Below, piece after piece: positions 7,035-13,681 of a stretch of DNA of 13,681 nucleotides. The DNA is from Candidatus Eiseniibacteriota bacterium (GTDB taxonomy: Bacteria > Eisenbacteria > RBG-16-71-46 > DASYSL01), in the NCBI GenBank assembly GCA_031431875.1, contig JANPEF010000146.1, positions 1 through 13,681 on the forward strand, read 5' to 3'. The stretch's first letter is position 1. Each line of letters begins with the position of its first letter. The notes under the pieces are model-generated. The model made no database searches and was not told the DNA's origin. It saw nothing but the letters and a program-made list of their open reading frames with translations. The translations under genes and the position numbers were made by a program.

Positions 7035-9161
7035 CTACAGCTTGACGACCTTTGCGGTGGCGCGCGCATCGCCGGCGATGGCGAGCACATGGTAGACGCC
7101 CGCGCGCAGCCCGGCGCCTTCGATCCGCACGTCGAGCGAGCCGCCCGACACGTTGCCCGCGGCCAGGCGCTTCACCAGGCGACCCGCGTTGTCGTAGAGC
7201 GCCACGCTGTACGACTTGCCTTCGAGGCGAGCCGGGAGCGACAGAGCGAACGACGTGCCGGCCGAGAACGGCGAGGCGAGGCGGCGGATGCCGAACTCGA
7301 CCGCGACGTCCGAGATCTGCGGCGTGAACGCCACGAAGCCGAGGTACGACTCGGCGCCGCGACCGTTGACCTGACGGATCTCATAGCCCGAGACGCCCGC
7401 GTGCGCGTCCAGGTCGACGATCGAGTACGAGGCCGCTTCACCGAACGAAGCCCCGACCAGCGTCTCGTTGACCATCTCGAACGTGCCACCGACGACGCGG
7501 TACACGTTGAAGCCGCGCACCTGGTCCTGCTGCGAGGTGGCCCACGAGATCGTGACGCCGTTGCCCTGCTCGTTCATGCCGGCTTCGATCTCGGCGAGGA
7601 TCGCCGGGACGACCTGGCCGAAGCCGTAGATGATGGCGACTTCGCCACCGTCGAAGCGACCGTTGGTCTTCGAGTCGCCGTTCGGGCCGCCCATCGCCAG
7701 CTCGAGGCCGCCGTCGTTGTCGAGATCGCCCATGGCCATGATCGTGCCGTAGCGGTCGCCCGCGTCGGCGCCCAGGATGCGCACGTCGGTGGTCGGTCCG
7801 ACCGTGACCTGGTCGGCGATCGAACCGCGCAGCGCGCCGAAGTACAGGTAGACCTCGCCCGACGAGGTGCGGGCGTTGGCAAGACCGTCGGCCAGCGGAG
7901 CGCCGAACACGAGTTCGTCCTTGCCGTCGGCATCAAGATCGCCGCCGGTGAGCGAGTTGCCGAGCAGGTCGCCCGTGCCCTCGCCCATCCACGACTTGCC
8001 CACGCCGGCGATCGGGAGATCGATGTCGTGCGCGGCCGGCCAGCCCGCGCGCAGCTGGCCATAGAACGCGTAGACCTCGCCGCAGTTGATGCGCGCGTTT
8101 GCCGGACCATCAGCCAGCGGGACGCCGATGACGAGATCGCCGAAGCCGTCGCCGTCGTAGTCCGAGACGTCGACCCACGTGCCGGCGTTGTCTCCGGATT
8201 CCTTGCCCCAGACCTGCACGTCGGTGCTGGTCGTCAGGTCGAGGTACTGGCCCATCGCGGCGCGCGAACGGCCCCACACGACACGGGCCTCGCCGCCCTG
8301 AGCGCGGGCGTTGGCCGGGCCGGCGCCGTTCGGCATGCCGACCACGATGTCGTCCATGCCGTCACCGTCAAGATCGCCACAGGCGATCGAACGGCCGGCC
8401 AGGTCGATGGCATCGACGCCGTCGATGAGCGTCACGGCGCCCAGGTCGATCGCGCCGCCCTCGGGACGCGGACCGCCCCACAGGACGTTGAGGCCGCCGC
8501 ACGAGTTGCGCGCGTTCGCCGGACCATCCATGCCCGAGCCGCCGATGAGAAGCTCGTCCGTGCCGTCGGCATCGACGTCGCCGGTCGCCAGCGAGATGCC
8601 CGAGTTGTCGCCGGAATCCGCGCCGTAGACGATCACGTCGCGCTGCGACACGTTGCTGATGCCGGCCCACGCGCCACGCGCGCGACCGTAGAAGATATAG
8701 ACGTCGCCGCAATCCGGCCGGATGTTGCCCGGTCCGTCGCCGAGCGAGGCCGACATCGCCAGGTCGTCGAAGCCGTCGCCGTCGAAGTCGCCGGAGACGA
8801 CGAACACGCCGACCTGGTCGCCGGTGTCGGCGCCTTCGATGCGGATGTCGGTCTGCGTCAGCAGGTCCTTCGAGGCGCCGAGATTGACGCGCGTATTGCC
8901 CCAGACGATGTCCACGGCACCCGAGTTCGGGATGGTCTGGCCGTTGCCGTCGACGCCGATGGAGCCGACGATGATGTCGCGGAATCCGTCACCGTCGAGA
9001 TCGCCGAAGGCGACCGCGCGGCCCGCGTTGTCCTGGGGACGAGCGCCCCAGACGATGAATCCGGTATTGGTGCGCAAATCGATATCGACTGCGAATGCCG
9101 ACGGCGCGAGGCCGGCGAGCAGGGCGGCAGTCAGGAGAGCAGAACAGGAGCGACGGTTCAT
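7035..9161 (-). CDS. Secreted FG-GAP (integrin-alpha-like) 7-bladed beta-propeller protein with Ig-like domain and T9SS/FlgD-Ig-like C-terminal domain (708 aa)
   Basis: ATG 9161 with GAGGAGGAG RBS; signal peptide ending AFA. Seven DxDxDGxx(D/E) repeats. Then VTISWATSQQDQVRGFNVYR, and a tail LYDNAGRLVKRL...LRAGVYHV...TAKVVKL. Confidence 0.9.
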   Translation of the reverse strand: MNRRSCSALLTAALLAGLAPSAFAVDIDLRTNTGFIVWGARPQDNAGRAVAFGDLDGDGFRDIIVGSIGVDGNGQTIPNSGAVDIVWGNTRVNLGASKDLLTQTDIRIEGADTGDQVGVFVVSGDFDGDGFDDLAMSASLGDGPGNIRPDCGDVYIFYGRARGAWAGISNVSQRDVIVYGADSGDNSGISLATGDVDADGTDELLIGGSGMDGPANARNSCGGLNVLWGGPRPEGGAIDLGAVTLIDGVDAIDLAGRSIACGDLDGDGMDDIVVGMPNGAGPANARAQGGEARVVWGRSRAAMGQYLDLTTSTDVQVWGKESGDNAGTWVDVSDYDGDGFGDLVIGVPLADGPANARINCGEVYAFYGQLRAGWPAAHDIDLPIAGVGKSWMGEGTGDLLGNSLTGGDLDADGKDELVFGAPLADGLANARTSSGEVYLYFGALRGSIADQVTVGPTTDVRILGADAGDRYGTIMAMGDLDNDGGLELAMGGPNGDSKTNGRFDGGEVAIIYGFGQVVPAILAEIEAGMNEQGNGVTISWATSQQDQVRGFNVYRVVGGTFEMVNETLVGASFGEAASYSIVDLDAHAGVSGYEIRQVNGRGAESYLGFVAFTPQISDVAVEFGIRRLASPFSAGTSFALSLPARLEGKSYSVALYDNAGRLVKRLAAGNVSGGSLDVRIEGAGLRAGVYHVLAIAGDARATAKVVKL

Positions 9162-9366
9162 CGCGGACTCCTCCTCGGGAGGGGTTGCCAGGACCACGGG
9201 ATCGATCGGGACCGTACGGCTGATGCAACAATACGGGGGGAGGATGCTTACGGGGAGACGCAGCGACCGGGCCGCGCCAGCCTCCTTTCCATAGGAGTTA
9301 CCAAGGATCGTGTGCAGAAAACTTCGATTTCAAGAATCCATCCGCCATACCTTTGGCAGCGCAAGG

Positions 9367-9396
9367 ACGGTACACCCGGGCCCGAAGCTGTGTCAA
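9367..9396 (-). promoter_or_regulatory. Sigma70-type promoter for the FG-GAP gene
   Basis: Minus strand: perfect TTGACA (9396-9391), 18-nt spacer, TACCGT (9372-9367). Confidence 0.6.
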
Positions 9397-9447
9397 GCAA
9401 CGCATTTTGCACGACCGGCTGTCCGCTATACCGGAAAGCGTGGCCGG

Positions 9448-10179
9448 TCACGGGCGGGGGATGACCTCGCGGATCAGTCCCATCGGGTCCCCGATCTTGA
9501 GCGGGCTCGTCGAGTAGAAGGCCTGGGCGTAGCGGGCGCCGATGGCGGCCGCATCGCGGCGGGCGTAGACCTCGAACCAGTCCATGATCGACGACGGGCC
9601 GGTGGCGGCCTTCGGCTTTTCCGGGTTCGAGAACTGGGTCTTGTGGACCGCCAGGGCCCGGACCCACTCCTCGTAGTGCTCGCTCACGTCGACCAGAAAG
9701 GTCGGCGGCGTCCCCGGGGGGAGGAAGTAGTAGAAGATCGCTTTCGCCTGCCACGGCTCGCCCTCGATCGGCATCTTCCGCAGGTGCGAGAAGTTGTACC
9801 CCTGCGAGACCAGCACGCCCGTCTTGAAGTGGTCGTTGTGGCCGAGGCCGCGCCCGATCGGCAGGTTATAGTACGGCGCGAAGATGATCTGGGGACGGTG
9901 CTTGCGGATGACCTGCGCGACCCTGCAGCGGTTCTCGAACGTGTCCTCGACCCGGCAGTCGCCCATGTCCAGATTCTCGCGGACATCGAGCTTGAGGATC
10001 TGCGCCGCCTCGGCGCTCTCGGCGTCGCGCTCCTCGGGCGTGCCCCAGCCCATGTCGCCGCGGGTCATGTCGACGATGCCGGTCGTGTAGCCCAGCGACT
10101 TCATCTTGAGCAGGAGTCCGCCGCAGCCGATCTCGGCGTCGTCGGGGTGCGGTCCGAAAGCCAGGAGGTCGATCGCCAT
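9448..10179 (-). CDS. bshB1: PIG-L/LmbE family N-acetylglucosaminyl deacetylase, BshB1-like (243 aa)
   Basis: Start trimmed to ATG 10179 (AGGA upstream). DLLAFGPHPDDAEIGCGG, DMTRGD.G.GTPEER, IRKHRPQIIFAP, HNDH, PTFLVDVS and HKTQF match BshB1-like enzymes. The substrate is inferred, so the symbol is tentative. Confidence 0.8.
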   Translation of the reverse strand: MAIDLLAFGPHPDDAEIGCGGLLLKMKSLGYTTGIVDMTRGDMGWGTPEERDAESAEAAQILKLDVRENLDMGDCRVEDTFENRCRVAQVIRKHRPQIIFAPYYNLPIGRGLGHNDHFKTGVLVSQGYNFSHLRKMPIEGEPWQAKAIFYYFLPPGTPPTFLVDVSEHYEEWVRALAVHKTQFSNPEKPKAATGPSSIMDWFEVYARRDAAAIGARYAQAFYSTSPLKIGDPMGLIREVIPRP

Positions 10180-10209
10180 GGGCGCAGTCCTATCACGGAG
10201 AATCCGCGG

Positions 10210-10350
10210 GTGACCAGCGAAACCCGCGGGATCGCGAGCCCATGGTCGGGGGACGAGGTCGGAGCGGTGCGGGTCAACGAGGGCGTGCGCTACGCGATCG
10301 AGGAGATGACCGATCGGCGGACGCTGGTCTTGCCTCCACCCCCGGCCTGA
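10210..10350 (+). CDS. Possible small protein (46 aa), unknown
   Basis: GTG start with GGAG 9 nt upstream; 40 of 46 codons end in G/C. Only 30 nt from the divergent bshB1-like start. No family recognised. Confidence 0.35.
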   Translation: MTSETRGIASPWSGDEVGAVRVNEGVRYAIEEMTDRRTLVLPPPPA

Positions 10351-10401
10351 CTGAAGATACGGCGCGTTCCGTCCTGCAATCGATCTCCGAGGAGGCCCGT
10401 C

Positions 10402-11109
10402 ATGGAAGACCGTTCGACAGACGACGCGTGGTCGCCGCCCCCGACGGAACCGCCGCCGCCCGCGCCGCCTGCGGCGCCCGTCATCCCGTGGGAAGATCCG
10501 TCGCGTCCGTGGTTCGCCGCGCTCGTCGAGACGGTGCAGGCGTTCTTCACCGGACCGCGTCGCGCCTTTGCGCGCGTCCCCGTGCACGGCGACGTGCTGC
10601 GCCCGCTGCTGTTCGCCATCCTCGTCGGCTGGATCGGCCAGTTCTTCTTCTCGGTGTGGGAGCTGACGCTGGTCGACCCGCTACGCGGGTTGATGCCCGG
10701 CAATCAGTTCGGGGCCGATGACGAGATCCCACGTGGCTACTGGATCGCGGTCATGGCGCTGGCGCCGCTGCTCACCGCGATGGGCCTGGTGTTCTCGTCG
10801 GTCCTGTCGCACGTGTTCCTGATGCTGTTCGGCGGGGCGCGCAATGGGTTCGTCGCGACGTTTCGCGCCGTGTGCTACGTGCAGGTGGCCGCGCTCCTCC
10901 TGATCGTGCCGTTCTGCGGCGGGGTGCTTGCGGGCGCATTCGCGCTCGTGCTCGAGATCCTCGGGCTCTCGACGCTGCACAAGATCTCGCTCGGCAAGGC
11001 CGCGGCCGCGGTGCTGCTGCCCACGTTCCTGTGCTGCGCCTGCCTTTGCGTGCTGTTCGTCATGGTCGGAGCGGCGGTGATGAGCGCCCTCGGCGGGATG
11101 ACCCCTTGA
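10402..11109 (+). CDS. Yip1 domain membrane protein (235 aa)
   Basis: GAGGAGG RBS. Pro-rich N-terminus then IPWED, about 5 TM helices, HVFLMLFGGARNGFVATFRAVCY, GLSTLHKISLGKA. Confidence 0.85.
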   Translation: MEDRSTDDAWSPPPTEPPPPAPPAAPVIPWEDPSRPWFAALVETVQAFFTGPRRAFARVPVHGDVLRPLLFAILVGWIGQFFFSVWELTLVDPLRGLMPGNQFGADDEIPRGYWIAVMALAPLLTAMGLVFSSVLSHVFLMLFGGARNGFVATFRAVCYVQVAALLLIVPFCGGVLAGAFALVLEILGLSTLHKISLGKAAAAVLLPTFLCCACLCVLFVMVGAAVMSALGGMTP

Positions 11110-11534
11110 TCGCCTGGCGACGCGCGACGCGCGACGATCGCACGCTGGTCGCGGTGGTCGCGACCACGGTGCTCGGCGCGATCGGCCTTGCGGCCGCAGC
11201 CGCGCCGATCGCGCCCGCACTGGTCCGCGCGCTGCCTCCCTGCGTGTTCCACGCGCTCACCGGCGTGCCCTGTCCGGCCTGCGGTTCGACCCGCGCCGTA
11301 CTCGCGCTCCTCGCCGGCGACCCGCGCGCCGCGCTCGCGTTCAATCCGCTCGTGACACTCGGCGCCGCGGTCGCGCTCGCGTTTGCCCTGGCCGCACCCG
11401 CATGGCTCGCCGTTCGCGGGCCGGTGCCGCGCTTCGTGGTCGCGCCGGCGGGGGGGATGCCGCGGTCGGCCCGCATCGCCATTGTCGGGACGATCGCCGC
11501 GCAGTGGGCGTGGCTCGTGGTCCAGGGCGTCTGA
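11106..11534 (+). CDS. DUF2752 domain membrane protein (142 aa)
   Basis: TTG start overlapping the Yip1 stop (TTGA). Signature CVFHALTGVPCPACGSTRA...AFNPL and 3 hydrophobic segments. Confidence 0.85.
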   Translation: MIAWRRATRDDRTLVAVVATTVLGAIGLAAAAAPIAPALVRALPPCVFHALTGVPCPACGSTRAVLALLAGDPRAALAFNPLVTLGAAVALAFALAAPAWLAVRGPVPRFVVAPAGGMPRSARIAIVGTIAAQWAWLVVQGV

Positions 11535-12592
11535 TGGCGCGCTCCAAGTCGAAACGCCTGGTCGATCTGGTCACCCTCCTGTTGCAGTCGACCTTCCCGG
11601 TGTCGCGCGAGCGCATCCGCTCGCTGGAGGGCTACCCGCGCGGCGACGAGGCGTTCCATCGACAGTTCGAGCGTGACAAGGCCGCTCTGCGGAGCATGGG
11701 TTTTCCCCTGAAAGAGGTGGGCGACGAGGACGAGCCGCTCTACGCGCTCGACCGCCCCCGCCTGCGCCTCAAGGAAGTGCGCTTCACGCCCGAGGAGACG
11801 ATTGCGCTGGCGCTCGCACGCCGCCTGGCCGGGCCGCACGCGCTGCTCGGCGGCACGGTGCGCGACGCGCTGGGCAAGCTCGGCCTGCTCGGCGCGGGCG
11901 TCGATCCGCTGCCCGGCGTGGCCACGCTGCCGCCGCCGAAGGCGCGGCTCCAAGAGGAACGGCTGCGCCTGATCGAGGCCGCCATCGGGCGCGGGCATCG
12001 CCTCACGCTCAAGTACCGCCGCCTCGGCGAGGACAAGCCGAGCGCGCGCACATTCGATCCCTACGGGCTCTACGTCTACGGCGGCGCGTGGTACGTCGTC
12101 GGGCACGATCACCTGCGCGCCGCGACGCGCACGTTCCACACCGGCCGCATCGCCGGCGTGGCGCGCGCGACGCGTGGCACGGTGGCCGACTTCGCGACGC
12201 CCAGGGGCTTCCGCATCGAGGACTACGTCGAGCGCATGCTGACGCAGGGCTGGGAGGGGATCGCCGAGGACGCGATCGTGCGCTTCCCGCCGTCCGAAGC
12301 GTGGCGCGTCGGCGGCTTTGCCGCGCGGCGCACGACCGTCAAGCGCCTGCCCGACGGCGGGCTCGAGGTGCGCGTCAAGCGGGCGAATCCCGACGCGCTC
12401 GTGACGTGGGTCACTGGCCTGGGCGGCGGCGTCGAGATCACCGCGCCGCCGGCGCTGCGTGACGAGGCGCGGCGCTTCATCGCGCGGGTGGTCGCGGCGC
12501 ACACCGGCAAGCCGACGGAAACCGCGGCCGTGGCCAAGCGCGCGCCGCGATCCCGGGCTGCGAAACTGCCGCGCCCCCGGAAGGACGCCTGA
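11534..12592 (+). CDS. pafB: PafB-like HTH-WYL-WCX transcriptional regulator (352 aa)
   Basis: ATG overlapping the upstream stop (TGATG). RLVDLVTLLL...AFHRQFERDKAALRSMGFP is a PafB-type HTH. FTPEETIAL; WYL domain RTFDPYGLYVYGGAWYVVGHD...RTFHTGRI; WCX WVTGLGGGVEITAPPALR. Orthology is inferred. Confidence 0.88.
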   Translation: MARSKSKRLVDLVTLLLQSTFPVSRERIRSLEGYPRGDEAFHRQFERDKAALRSMGFPLKEVGDEDEPLYALDRPRLRLKEVRFTPEETIALALARRLAGPHALLGGTVRDALGKLGLLGAGVDPLPGVATLPPPKARLQEERLRLIEAAIGRGHRLTLKYRRLGEDKPSARTFDPYGLYVYGGAWYVVGHDHLRAATRTFHTGRIAGVARATRGTVADFATPRGFRIEDYVERMLTQGWEGIAEDAIVRFPPSEAWRVGGFAARRTTVKRLPDGGLEVRVKRANPDALVTWVTGLGGGVEITAPPALRDEARRFIARVVAAHTGKPTETAAVAKRAPRSRAAKLPRPRKDA

Positions 12593-12593
12593 C

Positions 12594-13565
12594 ATGGCGA
12601 AGGCGCCCGAACACATCCCGCGGCTGCTCGCGCTCGTGCGCTCGCTGGTGCGCGCGCGCGAGCTGCCGCTCGCCGTGCTGTGCGAGGAGCTCGGCGTCGA
12701 GGAGCGCGAGTTGCGCGAGGACATCGAGCTCCTGTCGCTGTGCGGGTTGCCGCCGTACGGTCCCGACTCGCTGATCGACATCCAGGTCGTGCGCGACCGG
12801 GTGCGCCTGTCGAACAAGGTGCTGGCGCCACCGCCGCTCCAGCTCACGGACGAAGAGGCAGCGGGGCTGCGCGTCGTGCTGCGGCTGGCCGAGGCGCAGG
12901 GGTGGCCCGAGACGAAGGCGCTGGGCACCGCGGTGCGCAAGCTCGAGGCGGCGCTCCTGCCCGAGCGGCGCGAAGGCGCGCGGCGGCTGGCGCGTCGGGT
13001 CGCGGTGGCGAAGGCGAGCGAGGGCGGGAAGGACGACCGCAACCTGCCGTTGGTGAGCAAGGCGATCGCGACGTCGACGTCGCTCGACGTCGACTACTAC
13101 AGCGACGGCCGCGAGGAGCTCACCCGGCGCCGGATCGATCCGTATCGCCTGGTCGCGCTCGCCCGCGGCCGCTACGTCATCGCCTACTGCCACCTGCGAA
13201 AGGCGATCCAGACGTTTCGCCTCGACCGCTTCGTCCGCGCCAGGCGGACCAACCATCGCTTCACGCCGCCGGCCAACCTGCGCATCGCCGATTACGTGGG
13301 CGACGCGACGCGCGACTCCGAACGCATGGTGCAGGTCACCGTGCGCTTCGCGCCCGAAGTCGCCCACCTGGCGCGCGAGACCTACCCCGAGGCGAAACCC
13401 ACCGCCGACGGCGGGGCGCTTCTGGTCGCCCGCGTGTGGGCAAACCGGGCGTTCTGCCGCGAGATCGCCCGCTGGGGCGGCGCCGCCGAGGTGATCGCAC
13501 CCGAGCGCGTGCGCACGATGGTGTGCGACGACGCGACGGAGCGGCTCAGGCGGTACGAAGGCTAG
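12594..13565 (+). CDS. pafC: PafC-like HTH-WYL-WCX transcriptional regulator (323 aa)
   Basis: ATG 1 nt after the upstream stop, AAGGA RBS. RLLALV...ELREDIELLSLCGLPPYGPDSLIDI is a PafC-type signature. PLQLTDEEA; WYL RRIDPYRL...YVIAYCHLRKAIQTFRLDRF; WCX RWGGAAEVIAPERVR. Orthology is inferred. Confidence 0.88.
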   Translation: MAKAPEHIPRLLALVRSLVRARELPLAVLCEELGVEERELREDIELLSLCGLPPYGPDSLIDIQVVRDRVRLSNKVLAPPPLQLTDEEAAGLRVVLRLAEAQGWPETKALGTAVRKLEAALLPERREGARRLARRVAVAKASEGGKDDRNLPLVSKAIATSTSLDVDYYSDGREELTRRRIDPYRLVALARGRYVIAYCHLRKAIQTFRLDRFVRARRTNHRFTPPANLRIADYVGDATRDSERMVQVTVRFAPEVAHLARETYPEAKPTADGGALLVARVWANRAFCREIARWGGAAEVIAPERVRTMVCDDATERLRRYEG

Positions 13566-13681
13566 GCCGCTGCCGCCTTCGGCCCCTTGGCCCGGATCCA
13601 GATCCCCAGGATCGCCGACATGATCAGCCCGGTCAGCACCGTGCCCACGAAGCCGGTCACCGAGTTGGCGAGCGGCGTCTG
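13562..13681 (-). CDS. C-terminal fragment of a membrane protein, probably DUF4199 family (enters from beyond the window end)
   Basis: Manual translation QTPLANSVTGFVGTVLTGLIMSAILGIWIRAKGPKAAAA*: a TM helix plus basic tail with strong GC3 bias. Its stop overlaps the pafC-like stop (CTAG). Confidence 0.65.
   Translation of the reverse strand, partial: QTPLANSVTGFVGTVLTGLIMSAILGIWIRAKGPKAAAA

Noticed and set aside
7620..9060. Recurring DNA similarity such as GCCGTCGCCGTCG, considered as a CRISPR array or tandem repeat
   Set aside because: Explained by the encoded FG-GAP repeats. There are no identical repeats with unique spacers and no cas genes.
6960..9464. 834-aa plus-strand ORF
   Set aside because: Antisense shadow of the FG-GAP gene.
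10210..10350. Small ORF as a Pup or ubiquitin-like modifier, given the nearby pafBC-like genes
   Set aside because: No C-terminal GGE/GGQ, and no pafA, dop or proteasome genes in the window.
588..10401. Mycobacterial PafBC target motif TGTCGG-N10-TA-N3-T in intergenic regions
   Set aside because: Not found by eye at the candidate -10 elements. The TGTCGG just after the ATPase stop lacks the downstream TAnnnT. This was not an exhaustive scan.
11060..13367. Long minus-strand ORFs (666, 296 and 202 aa)
   Set aside because: Shadows of the WYL genes with Arg/Ala-rich, motif-free translations.

Overview
High-GC bacterial chromosomal window with 12 supportable protein-coding genes (2 truncated by the window edges) and one possible small ORF. 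No rRNA, tRNA, CRISPR array or mobile element was seen. In order: the 5' part of a Hanks-type Ser/Thr kinase (-); an AAA+ ATPase with an N-terminal MshEN-like putative c-di-GMP-binding module (-); an exported DUF885 metallopeptidase-like protein (-); a TPR protein (+); an orphan single-pass membrane protein (-); a SIMPL/DUF541 protein (+); a secreted 7-bladed FG-GAP beta-propeller with a T9SS/FlgD-Ig-like C-terminus (-); a BshB1-like PIG-L deacetylase (-); a tightly coupled four-gene operon Yip1 - DUF2752 - PafB-like WYL - PafC-like WYL (+); and the 3' end of a DUF4199-like membrane protein (-). The T9SS-like tail plus high GC hints at an FCB-related lineage (inference only). Best leads: (i) the PafBC-like WYL pair coupled to two Cys-rich membrane proteins opposite a thiol-pathway deacetylase; (ii) the MshEN-wHTH-AAA+ fusion; (iii) a 25-bp AT-rich, IHF-like motif shared by two intergenic regions 5.4 kb apart. 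All family calls come from motif recognition by eye, not database searches.
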